Assembly (NCBI GenBank): GCA_009103225.1
Contig: RHPI01002823.1
Span: 617,229 to 681,228 of the forward strand
Direction: 5' to 3'
DNA length: 64,000 nt
Source of the DNA: Chlorokybus atmophyticus
Taxonomy: Eukaryota > Plantae > Mesostigma and Chlorokybus algae
Shown here: positions 26,421 through 38,608 of the stretch, piece by piece
Numbering within the stretch: the stretch's first letter is position 1
Layout: each line of letters opens with the position of its first letter
Notes under the pieces: model-generated
Databases searched by the model: none
What the model saw: the letters and a program-made list of their open reading frames with translations, nothing else
What the model was told of the DNA's origin: nothing
Program-made: the position numbers and the translations under genes

Positions 26421-26929
26421 TTTTAGAGGTAGTATTGTGGTGCGCCTTCTCCCACTCGGAGGGGAAGCCCTATAAGATAACGCCCAAGTCACTGCTGTCA
26501 TTGGCTGTGCCCTTTGTAGGCATGGTGGGGTTTGACAACAAGGACACCCCACCGGCACCCTGCCCGCCCTGTGCGAACATGGGCTTCATCCCCGACTTCA
26601 ACCACAATGAGCACTACGCCCCTGGCAGCACCGCCAACAACTGTGCAAACGCCGCATATACCCGGCATCACCCCCCTGGAAGGCATAGCTTGGCGAAGCC
26701 ATCAATAGTGTTTTCATGCGCAGGGCTAGCATTAACAGCACTTGTCAATAGTACGAATTGCCATTGCGATTGTACGAAGATACCATTTTCATGGTACGCT
26801 TTGCCGGCAAAAACATCTTCGTACCATTGAAACGGTACAATCAAAAAAAGTTATGCATGCTCACCCCACCCTGACGTGCAATGGCTTGATCGTACCATAA
26901 TAATGCAAGGGTAGTGGCGGCGGCGGCAA

Positions 26930-26960
<31 letters not shown>

Positions 26961-27264
26961 GCGTGTTGCTGAATATGACGATGCAGGTTACATTGGCGAC
27001 ACCTGTGTCACGTTCGTAGTTAGCTATGTGAGTCTTTGTCCATAATGCCACATGCGCTTCGTCACACGCAACTCGGTAAACATGCACATTATTAGCAGCA
27101 GGGTGAGTAAGCAAATCAAGCTATATGTCGGCTAGCGTCCATTACAGTATGATGCAAGTCATGTTAAACTGAGGACATCGATCCGTGATGCGCACATGCT
27201 TGATGCTGAAGGACCCGTTTAGGAGACACACGCACACGCACATCAGCAAGAGGAGGAGGAGGAA

Positions 27265-30130
27265 TTGAACAAGGGCTTTTTATGTGTGTGTGTGCCAAAG
27301 AAACTTGCAGCACGCCAACCTGGAAGTGGAGGCGTCCCTTTGCACGCGTCTGAATCTAGATGGTATGGCTTGGAGCATGCTTTTGCAATGGCATTCGTGC
27401 AGTACAACAATGGTCAAGGCCTGTCGGCCTCCGAGATGGGGCGGATCATCAAAGTGCATCCGAAATGCACATTTCCATATGGAAGAGCTCCAATGGGAGA
27501 GGTGTGCATGTGGCTAGCTACCTTCGGACCACAATTGCTTTCCCTCAGTCTGAGATGTGTTCATGGTGTGCGGTGCATGTGCTCTAATCCAACCATTAGA
27601 GCCATGCCACATTCACGAGTGTGCTGCCGTATCAGAACTACATGACGGCTGACCTGCGCAAGCCTGGAGACATTAAGGATTAAAACATCAGAGTCACATA
27701 TATGCCGGCCAAGGTCTGTGAAATGCAGTATGTAATATGAGGCCAGCATGGTTGTTTATGCTCTTGGTTGTAGCAGGTATGGTTCGCGCGGTTGTATGGC
27801 AATCCACATGCTGATAATGGCTTTCAACCGATACAGTGGTGACGAGCACACCTTTGGCCATCCTTCCACGGGTAAAAGGTGGAAGGATGTCAAGGAGGAT
27901 CTGAGGAGAGATGTGGGGGAAGCGTCCTACTTGGCGCTTGCCATTCTGTACGGTGACAAGACCACGCCAGACAATGCGGGCAAGCGCTCTGGCTACCCTC
28001 TGATGGCATCGCTTGCCAACTACAGTTGGGACATGTATGCTAGCAACATGGGGGTTGTTATGACAGCGCTTCTGCCGGTGGTTCACGCTGTGGCAGGGCA
28101 TCCCACCTGGGCGCAAGGCAAGGAATGATTCTCAATTTAAAACATGAGATTTTGCGTGACGCTGTGGATTTAGTGTTGGGGGATGTGAAGCGGGCGAGTT
28201 GGAAAGGTCTACAGCTCATCGATCCAAATGGCATCAAGCGTCGTGTGTTTCCCGCACTTGCCAACTATATCAGCGACTTGCAGGTTGTGGGCATGGTTGT
28301 AACCGTATGCAGCCTGGCGGCAAATAATGCATGAAAGATGTTGTCAATGGCGCATTATGGATTGTCGTGTTGCAGGAGACTACCATACTCGCACGCGCTG
28401 TGTTGGGCAACCAAAGATGACATCCTTGTGATGTTTGTCTCGTCACCAAATCAAAACTGTTAAAGATGGATCAGGACGCGGACTTTAAAACTGAGGCTTT
28501 CCACACACCAGCATTACAGAATCTGCGGGCGGATCTGAAGAACGGTGTGAAGAATGCACGCCAGACAGCTAAGGCTTTCAAAGAGCAGCACTCCATGCAT
28601 GTCGAGGAGGTAATGGTTAAAGTGCCAGCATGGTTCGTGAAGATGAATGCCTTTCCCTGTAACCAGGCAATGTGGTTTGGCGACAGAATGCACTGTGGGG
28701 TTGGTGACAGTTGCGGGTGACTGCTATTCACGCCTTGCCCCTGACGCAATGCATGTGCTGGGAGGCATCATTAACCACTTGCTTGCTGCTGTGTACGACG
28801 CTCCAAACAAATGCATGCGTCCATTCATGAGACATGTTCTGCAGACCAGTACATCTATGGTGTTGCTTTTGTTTTAAACACAAAAGGCAACGACACGTGC
28901 TCACTTGCAGATGTGCATAGGCCGAATGCATGCAAGACTCTACAGGTTTCACACTTCAAGGCACCTTCAAGCACAGTAGATTTGTTCCTGTCCGACTACT
29001 CCTTTTAGGTGGTGGAGAAAGTGGCGGTGCTGCAGCTACTGCATGCTCTTACAGACGGTTTGCTGTTTGACGGTGAGGGCAACTGTTTCTTCTCAGTTGC
29101 TGCAGCATTGCTGGCCCAGTGGAACAAGAAGTTGCTCAAGGCGCATGAACACACAAAAGAGACCCTGACCGCAGCCGACAACGAGCTGGCTATCTTCAAG
29201 TCTGCAGTGTTTCATCCGCTGTTGTCATTATATTCTACACAGAAGTCTGGTTGGAAGATCGAGAAGTTGCATTAGCTCACTCATTTAGGTCAGCAATTAT
29301 CAGCAATGGACATCCAAATTGGTTAAGCGCCAACCGCATGGTGCAGATTCACGCCCAAAATATCAGATAATGGGCGCGTGGTGGCAACGACCAGGATTAC
29401 CAAGCGCGCATCCTGAAGGCATGGAGCTGTGCGGAATATGCAAGAGAGGATGGAATGGTCGTGGATCCCGAGATGCGAGTGATCAAGGCGCAGGCGCCGC
29501 AGCAATGCTGTAATGTAATGGAGAAGACGGAAAAATTGCTACGGATTGATGCGCTTATGAGGAGGAAGTCCAGCCCGTAATGGAGCGGTTCTGCGCGTAG
29601 TCGCCAAGTCGTCGTGACGATGCCATTTTCCGACAAGCTGCCTGCCACCCTGGACAGCTGGTTGAGGAGGGAACAACTGGAGTTGGTCAATGGGTGGCGT
29701 GCTGTTCGTGTGATAAACGAAGGCGCAGCGGTGTACATGACATCAGGAGTTAGCATGGCGCGCGCTGCTGGAATGTTCTATGGGCGGCCTTTGTTCTCTG
29801 CCTTTATGCTGGAAGGTGATGAGGATGGTGTGAACGTGACGTGATGGTGTGGGGTGATAACGGCGAGCACATGTGGAAAGAGGTCGTACTTATCCGCTGG
29901 TTCATGGTGTTGGACGTCCAGAGCGACACAAAATGCATTGCTCTGGAATGGGAAAAGCGTCGACGGGTCCACATCTCGATGGCGTGACTTTGGAGCAAGT
30001 ACAAGGCATTATCCAGCTGCTCCCCATGTTTGACAAGGACAGCGCCTGTGTACAAGAGGGCAAGTATTGGGGGAATGTTCATTGCACTGCACCACGTGAC
30101 ACATGTACTCGTCTCATTACTCTGAGCTAG
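27265..30130 (+). pseudogene. Plavaka/EnSpm (CMC superfamily) transposase, decayed
   Basis: Motifs in the expected order: LAILYGDKTT...KRSGYPLMASLANY...ALLP; GLQLIDPNGIKRRVFPALANYISDL; APDAMHVLGGIINHL; WKIEKLH*LTH...IISNG; RAAGMFYGRPLFS; LEQVQGIIQLLPMF...KYWGN. Multiple stops and frameshifts. Confidence 0.8.
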
Positions 30131-30840
30131 GAGCACAGCAGTCAGCTAGGCATTGCTAATGGATTGTTAAAACTTTTGCATGTGGACGTGTACAATATTG
30201 GGCCGCTATCACTGCACCACTGTTACTACAATTAAATGTTGAATCAATTACTTCAAAGTGTGGAATTAAGCCTCACTATTGTGCACCACACTTAAGCCTC
30301 ATGGTTCCATGACACAGGAGGGTAGTCACAGCGCATATCCATTGTTTCAAGCATGAGACGCCCTATGCACTCCGCCATTGCGGGAGGAACTGCATTTGCT
30401 ATGGTAGCGGCCGAGGTCATCCATATCACTGCCAGCGCTATTGCCATGCAAAAATTCCGCCGCTGGTGCTTGGGAGGCCATAGACCGGGTACATCTGCTG
30501 TGGCGCGTTTGTGGTCACAATTGTCTTTTTCGAGCTAGCGAAAATGTGCACTGAGAGCAAACCTACCGCCTTGCCCGCGTGTAAGCAGTGTGCTGGTGGG
30601 GTAGCCACCACTGGTTGTGTCTCTAACAGCCGGGGTCGGAAGGTTGATAGCCCAAGCATCGTGCTACGAAGTAACAAATTGAGTATAAATGAAGAGGCTG
30701 CTACGGGCACATTCTCAATCACAAACTTGACCTGGCTTGCAAGCAGCAGTTGTTGGACGAGCTGTAGCATATCTTGGTGTCTTTAAGATGTGCCATGTGC
30801 CGCCCGTTAAGGTGCTGGGATGGCACCTGAATAGGTCTGG

Positions 30841-32273
30841 CACACCGATTAACGTAAAAGAACCATGAATGGTCCGTACCTTTAAACCGGGATTTCCTCC
30901 TGCTAACAAGATTAGCGGACCTTATATGGTCGGACTGTTATTGACAGTTGGACCATGCATGATGCATGGTCCAAAACTCACGTGAACGGTCCCATGTTTG
31001 TTTTGAGGTCGCACCATGTATGGCCCCGTCAATTTTGATCGCGTTTGACCACGTAGCGTCCGGACAGCGGACCAGGGACCGAATCGTAGAATTGCAAAAT
31101 TTCAATCATCATTGGTCCGGTCAGCGGACTACAAAACAAAACATTTATACTTCATAATTGGAATTTGAGAGTGAATGCACTAAAAGTGGCTTGATCTTGA
31201 GCCGACGGCACCGGCCACACCCGCCACACTCGCCTTTTTGCGCATGAGGCCGCGGCGTTTTTAAAATGATTAGCCAAGAATACATGCGTCAACTAGAGAA
31301 TTGAATGCAGTGCCTTTAGTTAACATGTTAACTTTGTACAAACACGACGCCCTAACCACTAAGCTATAAGTGCATGTACGGGTAGGGACGACGAAATAGT
31401 TGCATTATATAGTTTGCAACGTGCTGACGGCCGCTTGGCGATTGTCGATTGATATGCCCTTAGGCCTGAGCCCATGCAGTGCATGCCATAAACATGCATA
31501 AGCTGTACCAGTAATGCTTTAAGCAATTTCGAAAATGAATGGACAGTCGTAACTCAACGGTTGCGAGGGTAATTAAAATACAACATTCGTATAAAAGGGC
31601 TCAGCCCGGGGCTGTCCCAATGTGCCGGTAATTTTTGTTAGGGGCTGTCAATAACAGGCCGTTTTTGATTAATAAAATTGCATCCATACACAGATGATCA
31701 CAACAAAAAATGCAAACATAGATGTATACATGTATGCATGTGGATATATATATGTATATATATACATGTGTATATATATATACACAGTACAACCTCAATA
31801 AGTGCATATTTGATTAGTGCATATCCGCGTTTACCGCAAAAATTACGGCCATCACCGACGCTTTCAGGGGGAAGACCTGTGCGTTAAGAGCATATGCATT
31901 TGTTAATAAGTGCATACTATGAGATGCTTAACCTTTAATGTGTCTATGCATTTATTAAGGTGAATTACGCTTGAGTTACAGACAAATTACGATTATAATG
32001 TATTATAGCTACGATCGTACACATTACAACGTAACTCAGGATCAGGTTTACTCAATAAATGCATAGGTTATGCATTTATGCCAAGCCTGAGTGCATAATA
32101 TATATTACGCACTTAAAGCGGGTGCATAATTTATGCACTTAACGAGGATGCATAAACGCGATAAGTGCATACATAAGCCCGTTCCCGATGGTATGCACTT
32201 ATCGAGGTTAGACTGTATGGTCCGCGGGGTCCGTGAAAGGACCATACCTGGTCCTTGAACGTCAAGCCGTGTG
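30841..32273. mobile_element. Non-autonomous CACTA/EnSpm-like element A
   Basis: Termini CACACCGATTAACG... and ...CGTCAAGCCGTGTG; 3-bp TSD TGG at 30838-30840 and 32274-32276; subterminal GGACCA/TGGTCC motifs. Its left ~670 bp is an inverted homologue of 36290-36961. Confidence 0.88.
31785..32215. mobile_element. Tc1/mariner (pogo-like) MITE nested in element A
   Basis: 24-bp TIRs CAGTACAACCTCAATAAGTGCATA and (reverse complement) CAGTCTAACCTCGATAAGTGCATA. TA follows the right end; the left flank reads CA. Confidence 0.75.
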
Positions 32274-33620
32274 TGGCATAGTGGACGGGACCATATGAGC
32301 TCGTACTCGCTCAATTCTCCAGCACTCAAGTCGCATACATCACGGTGTATGAAGGGCAGAGGGTACTCAGTGTTGTAACTTATAAACATTCCGGTTATGT
32401 CAAATCCAGCGCGATATACACCGACACTGGCACCGCCATCGCAGAATAGGTCGAGTGCCCTTGGTCTACGTGTGCGTTTAAGCTTGTTGTCAAACGGCGT
32501 ATACGTGGTTAAGGCTGGCCGTAGTGTTTGCCAGGGACCAACAATGATGCCTTTCAGGCTTACTTTGCGACCGTCATTCTCCCCTCCAACGTGCAGAAAA
32601 AGGCGTTCCCCATTTAGTGATGTGTATGCGAATACGTTGTGCCCTTTGAAGTTTATGGTTTGTGGTCGATCACCGTCATCGAAAACTATACGGTGTTGCT
32701 CTGCAAAGCCACTTGTATTTGCACTATGCATATGTGGTCATGCCTCAATCTAGCTCGCCATGAAGCGATGATGACATAATGCTTGCTCGAATGATTTCAC
32801 AACGCCCGCAAACCATTCCCCATTCAGTGGCTAATGCGCCATGACACTCACACCAATCAGCTGCTCGCATCCCAACTTAACTACGTCTCAGCCAATGCAG
32901 TGCGCTGTACAACAATTTATGGTCTGCCTCCTCGAGAATGGCCAGAGAGTGAAGATACCCACGCCCACATAGTGGAATGCTGCTCTCTATGCGAAAATAG
33001 CTTCAACATGCATCTTTCAAGCATACGCCCAATATAATATGCAGTGAGATGTCGCTGCCGACTCTGTCATATCACCACAACATCCACCACATGTCCACTA
33101 ACCACATGTGCCGGTGTGGTCCATGTGAAGAAGCGCATGGGTTCCCCTCGCCACTCGAAGCAATAGCGCGAGCATAATTTGCAAACGTAATGAAACAACT
33201 CGGGTTCCTTTCACAGCACTTTGCCGAGGTGGCAGCCAAACATGGCGACATCGTGTATGGTGTGATGCCAGCAAGCTGCACTAGATCCATGGCACACTGT
33301 CTGCACTCGCTGGCATACTGTCATGTGTGCTGTCAATTGCTGCTAACGGCCATCGGCACAAACTTACGCATTGCATTGTGGGCACACCAAGCATGCTCTC
33401 CTCGGTGAAAGTGACTCAACTGTTGCCGCCAACATTATGCACGCCGTCATTCCGCCCGGCTACGCACATAATCACTTGCATTGATCGTGTGCCCATTACG
33501 CGACACATTTGAGGGGTATGCGCATCATATAAGGGTTGCCAAATGACAAACCCTCAGTGAGTTTGCTGGGTTCTATGGCATTTATGGTATGCAATTATGG
33601 TCCCGCAGGACCCTTAAAGG

Positions 33621-33754
33621 GACTGCAGCACCATTCAGAGTACTGCAGTATCATCGAGGGTACTGCAGTACCATCAAGAATACTGCAGGATCATAAAAAA
33701 TACTGCAGTACAATGGATGATGCTGCATTACCATTGATGGTACTGCAACTCCAT
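33621..33754. repeat. Degenerate ~21-bp minisatellite
   Basis: About 6 copies of a tactgcagtaccat-type unit with a variable 7-nt tail. Confidence 0.8.
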
Positions 33755-34958
33755 GTCATTCATGCTCACATGCACCATTTCTCGGCTATGCATGATGCTA
33801 TCATACATGCATTGCGATTATGCACAGCACCTCACTGGTCCAACATGTTGATGCCTGAACTGTCAATGTATACACTGTACACGTACATATGATATATATA
33901 TATATATATATATATGCAGAAGTTACTTTTATAAAGGGGGCCAAATCACATCCGACACACTGAAAAACAAGCTAGAGGCGTGGCGACCAAAACAAGGGAG
34001 GTTGTCTGCAGCATGGACATAATTGTAGTCGCTGTGATTTGCACGCCAGGGTCTTCCGGTGATTGATGAAACATCCATGGCACAAAGCTTTGTCGCAACG
34101 GGGCGTCTCCCCATCCGCCAGGGGCTCCTCACGAATGTACTTTAGCACGCATGGGTTACGAGGTTGAGCAGACTCTGCCACTATACCTTGTGATCGCGTG
34201 GCATACGCATCGCCTGTTATCCAAGCGGAGCAGTGAACCAATTCACTGCGTACTGGATCGTGACACATCCTTCGGCCTCTATACACCACCGGCTGGTCTT
34301 AGTGGTGTCGTCCAGGAGTCAACAAGGCCCCGGACAGCGCTGTTATCACTCGTGTACTCGCTCTCATTTTCATCTTCGAATGCCTTTAACAAAAGCCTCC
34401 ACGTGCCTAATGACATACAGCCATGTCCAACCAGAGCAAGCTAAGTACATCTTGAATGGGTGTACTTGCCACCCAATTCTCGTACTCAGGAAGTGGCACG
34501 TATTGCGACCCGCACGGGATGACTTCAACATGTACATCCGTTGCAGCAGGTCGCGGTTCTGCTCCGCGGATAGGTGTGCGACGTCGTGGGGATGCTCTGG
34601 CAACAACGCCACCATCATGTCCAGAATGTCGAGGGGCAACAACGTGCTACGGATGGCCCTGTCGTATTTTGGTTCCGACCACGGCCGATCCCTAGCACAC
34701 AGCTTGACGTTGAAGGACCATGCATGGTCCTTTCACGGACCCCGCGGACCATGCATGTTCCGCATCCCGCGGGCCAGGACTGCCTGGTCCGCGGGGGACG
34801 GGCCGTTCCTGGTCCATTCGGGGCCCCGCTGCCCGTGAATGGCTGGCGCGGCGACGCATGGTCCGTGCCGCACCATCCATGGTGCGGCACGGACCGGTAA
34901 TGTACGCTGGCCCTCGAATGCGGACCAGGTGCGGTCCCGCAGTCCTGTGGCCCTACTA

Positions 34959-35341
34959 CAGTCTACCCCCGCCAAAAGAATTCGTTTCAAGAGAATAACC
35001 CTGTTAGTATCATAAGTAATGAGATTACCAAACGTTGTACAGGCAGATTATACGTCTGAAGAGACTATGACTAACCGCGAAAAGCATAATGTTTTTCCAT
35101 GAAAAAGTCGTAAGTTTGAGTGTGCATATTCCTAACATCGAGGGAGTAGCGCGTGACGGGTGTGGCATAAGGCGTGATAAGCGTGATGGGTAAAGTGTAA
35201 CGCGTTATTAGCGTGATGAGCGTGATGGCATTATAGACGTGACGTGATGTGCGTGACGTAATGTACGTGATGTGCGTGATGAAACCGCGCCTATAGCATA
35301 TATATGCTCTTAACGTTCAAGAGCATATTATAGGTAGACTG
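34959..35341. mobile_element. Tc1/mariner-type MITE nested in element B
   Basis: TA|CAGTCTACC...GGTAGACTG|TA, i.e. TA TSD and CAGT termini. Internal GCGTGATG repeats. Confidence 0.75.
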
Positions 35342-36439
35342 TAGCACGCACCGTACATGGTGCCGCACGGTCCGCGCCGCACCATGTACGGTGCGGCACG
35401 GACCAGTGACCGCGACCCTGCCGCTATCATGAGTAGGTAGCAACAACCTACGTAAGGTACAATAAATTGCCTAAATGCCTGATTGCACAAGTGCACGTTT
35501 TAATTAACAAGCCGCACCGACTGTCGGCTATACACACGTGGACAGCCGCAAGTGGATAGCCGCAAATGGTCGGCGGCTGATTGACAGCCGGCCGGCTGTC
35601 AATCAAGCTGTAAGGGGCTGTTTATGCAATCAACATACTTCATAGTACCGTATGTGTATGCACCATTAACATGTTCTATGCGTTTATCTAAGTATCTACG
35701 TATATATAAACATTATACATGTGTATACGTCAATGCATTATATATATTATATAATATATAATATATATATACATAAATGTTAGCGTGTGCACAAATGAAT
35801 CCAATCTTATTCGCATAGATACGCAGGTTTAAATGGTTATATCAATAGCATTTAGGTTGAGCCGTATACAAGGTATGTCTGATATAAAACTATGTACAAG
35901 AAGTATACATAAATGACGTCACTCATTGTAATAATAATAGCCTCTTATGAGACCGCAGAATGATTGACAGCCTCGACCAAGCATTGTGTCCAACCAGCCA
36001 GTAAATAACTACGTTGGTGCCGTTATGCGGTTTTAATATTTATATCATGTAAACGTGTATATACGTTTACATGATATAAATACTATATACACGAATGCTT
36101 ACATATATACACATGTAGATGTATGTATGCGCACGCAAGCAGGATGTTGACAACCCCTCACAAGGTTACATACTCATGGACAGCCCCCAACAAAGCATTG
36201 TAGTTTACAAACCTTGGCAGCCGCCGAGTTGCGGCTGTCTGTGTCATCAATAATGACCTAAAATAACGTAATACCGTTGATGAATACTGGTACAGCCTAT
36301 GCACATTGATAGCGCATGCACTGCCTATGGGCCTGTCAATTCACAACGCCGACTTCCTGTGCAATTTCCGCCGCCGACAGTCGCCAAGCGGCCGTCGGTA
36401 CAGTCTGTAACGCAAGTATTACACCATTTTTACCGGTAC

Positions 36440-36520
36440 GTGCACATGTAGCTTAGGCCTAGTGGTTAGGGTGTCCTGTTTGTGTTCCAAAGGCCTTGGG
36501 TTCGATTCTCGGTGGGCACA
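36440..36520 (+). pseudogene. tRNA-like segment (pseudo-tRNA or SINE head) inside element B
   Basis: GTGCACA/TGGGCAC acceptor-like stem with one mismatch, A-box-like GGCCTAGTGGTTAGG, B-box GGTTCGATTC. The anticodon arm does not pair well. A more decayed homologue lies on the minus strand in element A (~31285-31380). Confidence 0.7.
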
Positions 36521-37824
36521 TGTGTTCATGACCAATCGTGTGTAAGACGCCGCGGCCTCGTGCGCTGCAACCAGCGGCCCCGCAGGCCGGGCGTGGCTGG
36601 TACCGTCGGTTTAATATAGAGCACTTTTCCGTCATTTGCAATAACATCTGATGCTTATGAATTATTCATGCGGTCGATGGTCCGCTGACCGGACCAGTAA
36701 TGGATTAAAGTACATTTGCATGATTAATTAAGTCCCTGGTCCGCTGGCTCGTACCCGATCCTGACGCGACTATAAACCGGCCGGACCAGACATGGTGCGA
36801 CCCCAAAAAAACATGGGACCGTTCACGTGAGGTTTGGACCATGCATGGTCCGACTGTCAATGACAGCCGGACCATACATGATCCACCGATTTCACTAAGC
36901 AGGGCAAAATCCGGGCCCGAAGGCACGGACCATTCATGGTTCTTCAACGTCAAGCGGTGTGTAGAGGTCTGTTTTTACCTTACTTTTTGGGTTTCCTTCC
37001 ACTCATTGCATATCTTCAACACCCATCTCGCTGCATGCCGCAGGCGGAAATGAAACGCGTCTAGCTTCAATTGGCTCCCGATCAACAACTTTTGCCTCGC
37101 TGTCAGGCCATGCCAGTTTGCGCTGCGCCTGTTGCAGAAGCGGCGGCGGATGCTGCACTTGCTTGAGCGGTGGATAATGCTGAGCATCCACATGACGTTG
37201 TTAACCCTCAACTGCCTACTCGAAACACACAGTCAGCCCCGACCTGTGCAGCCCGTTGCTGTACACATTGTGCTGGCAAGTTTATAATGCCTAATTTTGT
37301 GTTTTTCATCCTGTCAGCGTCCCTTATGGCAACCACCTTATGCTTTTGTTTTGGAGGACATGCACACGCTGGGAGGCGCTCTGCGTGCCATTGTCACTCT
37401 GTTAAGGTGGTAAGGCATTATCGTCTTGCTCCAGTGCATGCTTGCATAATGTGTGTTGATTGCCTCCCACTCCGCCCATGTCATCGTTTCATCCATGGTG
37501 TTACACACCATCACGGGTCTTCTTTCATGGCAACGATAAGCTTTAAATTTGAGTCAATTGATTTACCGCTAAGAGCAGCTGAGAACATTGGGGTGGGACG
37601 AGCTGGAGAGGGCGTAGTAGCGTGGGCAATTGTCGGAGAGGCCGCAGGATGGTTCAAGTGTGTTGGCATAGGAGTCTACGCGGCAGGAGAGGCTCGTGCG
37701 GAAGTCTTATGCGAGTACGTGGCTGTGGTGGAGGGGAGGCAGGATGTGCTGAATATTCGGGCACTTGTTGCAAGGCACACGAAGGCAAGGCCTGATCCGT
37801 TTGCGCAACAGCCTGGGGAGTGGC

Positions 37825-38608
37825 CTACAGTAGCGGGGGATTGGCAACATTAATCCACCACTCTCCAATCAATTTTGTTACCTCTAATGGCACTTCATGC
37901 ATAGCCCACAACCATTGGTCGGTGCTTTGATGCTTGAGGAGCAAACAGTGTGCTACTAGCTGATATGAAGCAGTGTTGCCCACCACCAAGACAGCGTTCG
38001 CTTCTTCTCTATTGTCAACCCAAACCGCGCTGCCGCAGGGAAGGCGGCCTTGCCGTGGGACCCACTCATGATGGTCCCGCCGAACGGTCACACAGCCAAT
38101 CAATAGCCCGAGCTTGTTGGCAAACATAATCATTTGCAAGTGCTCTACATACACATTCTCTTTCTGCACGATTTGCCACATCTTGTACATGGCCGTGGCA
38201 ATGTTGCAATTGACATCAGCCAGCATGGTTGAAGGCATCTCATCGTAATACTGCACCATCTCTCTCGCATCATCAGTAGCTGTGCAAAAATATATATAGG
38301 ATCCTACGCGCCATGCCTTCATCGACGGCATTGGCGGTGATTTCGCGGGAAGTGTCCCCCCTGCCGTCATCGCCCATGCCATCCAGCATGACCCAAAATC
38401 TGCTCGAGCTTGGGCAGTTGTGTGCATCCAGAACACTTTGTGGTATGGACGGCTTGGCGCGACATACGCAATGGTGGAAGCGGTTACCGTCCGTTGGCGC
38501 ATTGTAGTAATCCCATGAAGCGAGCTGTCCGTTTTGAAAAATTAACGGCTGTACGCGCGGCGCCAGCTCCTCTAATGCCTCAGTTGCAGCTGGTGACCTC
38601 TGCTGCAT
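37825..38608 (-). pseudogene. OTU-like cysteine protease domain remnant
   Basis: WDYYNAPTDGNRFHHCVCRA resembles the OTU Cys loop DGNC(F/L), with CGC at the Cys position. Downstream VLVVGNTASYQLV resembles the His loop. One frameshift lies between them. Confidence 0.55.

Larger units (their letters stand above)
30292..32870 (-). pseudogene. Tudor domain fused to phage/bacterial-type DNA (cytosine-5) methyltransferase; split by an insertion
   Basis: Tudor: EQLIGVSVMAH*PLNGEWFAGVVKSF...EQHRIVFDDGD. MTase motif I RPRALDLFCDGGASVGVYRAGFDITG; YPLPFIHRD; motif IV ELIWSRPLC|QTYS is restored in frame once 30841-32273 and one TSD are removed; motif VI FVIENVP (30708-30716); MLGLSTFRPRLLET; C-terminal WMT...IANAVPPAMAECIGRLML. 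Confidence 0.88.
34696..36961. mobile_element. Non-autonomous CACTA/EnSpm-like element B (same family as A, opposite orientation)
   Basis: Termini CACACAGCTTGACGTTGAAGGACCATG and (reverse complement) CACACCGCTTGACGTTGAAGAACCATG; TSD TAG at 34693-34695 and 36962-36964. Internal palindromes include ggtccgtgccgcaccat-cc-atggtgcggcacggacc (~34860) and tgattgacagccggccggctgtcaatca (~35577). Confidence 0.9.
33972..37211 (-). pseudogene. Decayed gene ending in a RING-like Cys cluster, interrupted by element B
   Basis: C-terminal CDKALCHGCFINH...LQLCPCCRQ. Protein-like frames lie on both sides of element B (...KQTSR|DRPWSEPKYDRAIRSTLLPLDILDMM...). Confidence 0.45.

Noticed and set aside
33621-33754. 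CRISPR-like array (also considered for 44985-45240)
   Set aside because: Degenerate head-to-tail units without unique spacers, a eukaryotic context and no cas genes.
36440-36520. Functional tRNA gene
   Set aside because: Extra bases before the D arm, an unpaired anticodon stem, mismatched T and acceptor stems, and a location inside a repeat.
30966-36953. Similar ORFs 30966-31157 (+) and 36705-36953 (-)
   Set aside because: They reflect the non-coding inverted homology of elements A and B.
37170-37853. 227-aa plus-strand ORF
   Set aside because: No recognisable motif; it is antisense to a Pro/Thr/Ala linker continuing the OTU-bearing gene.
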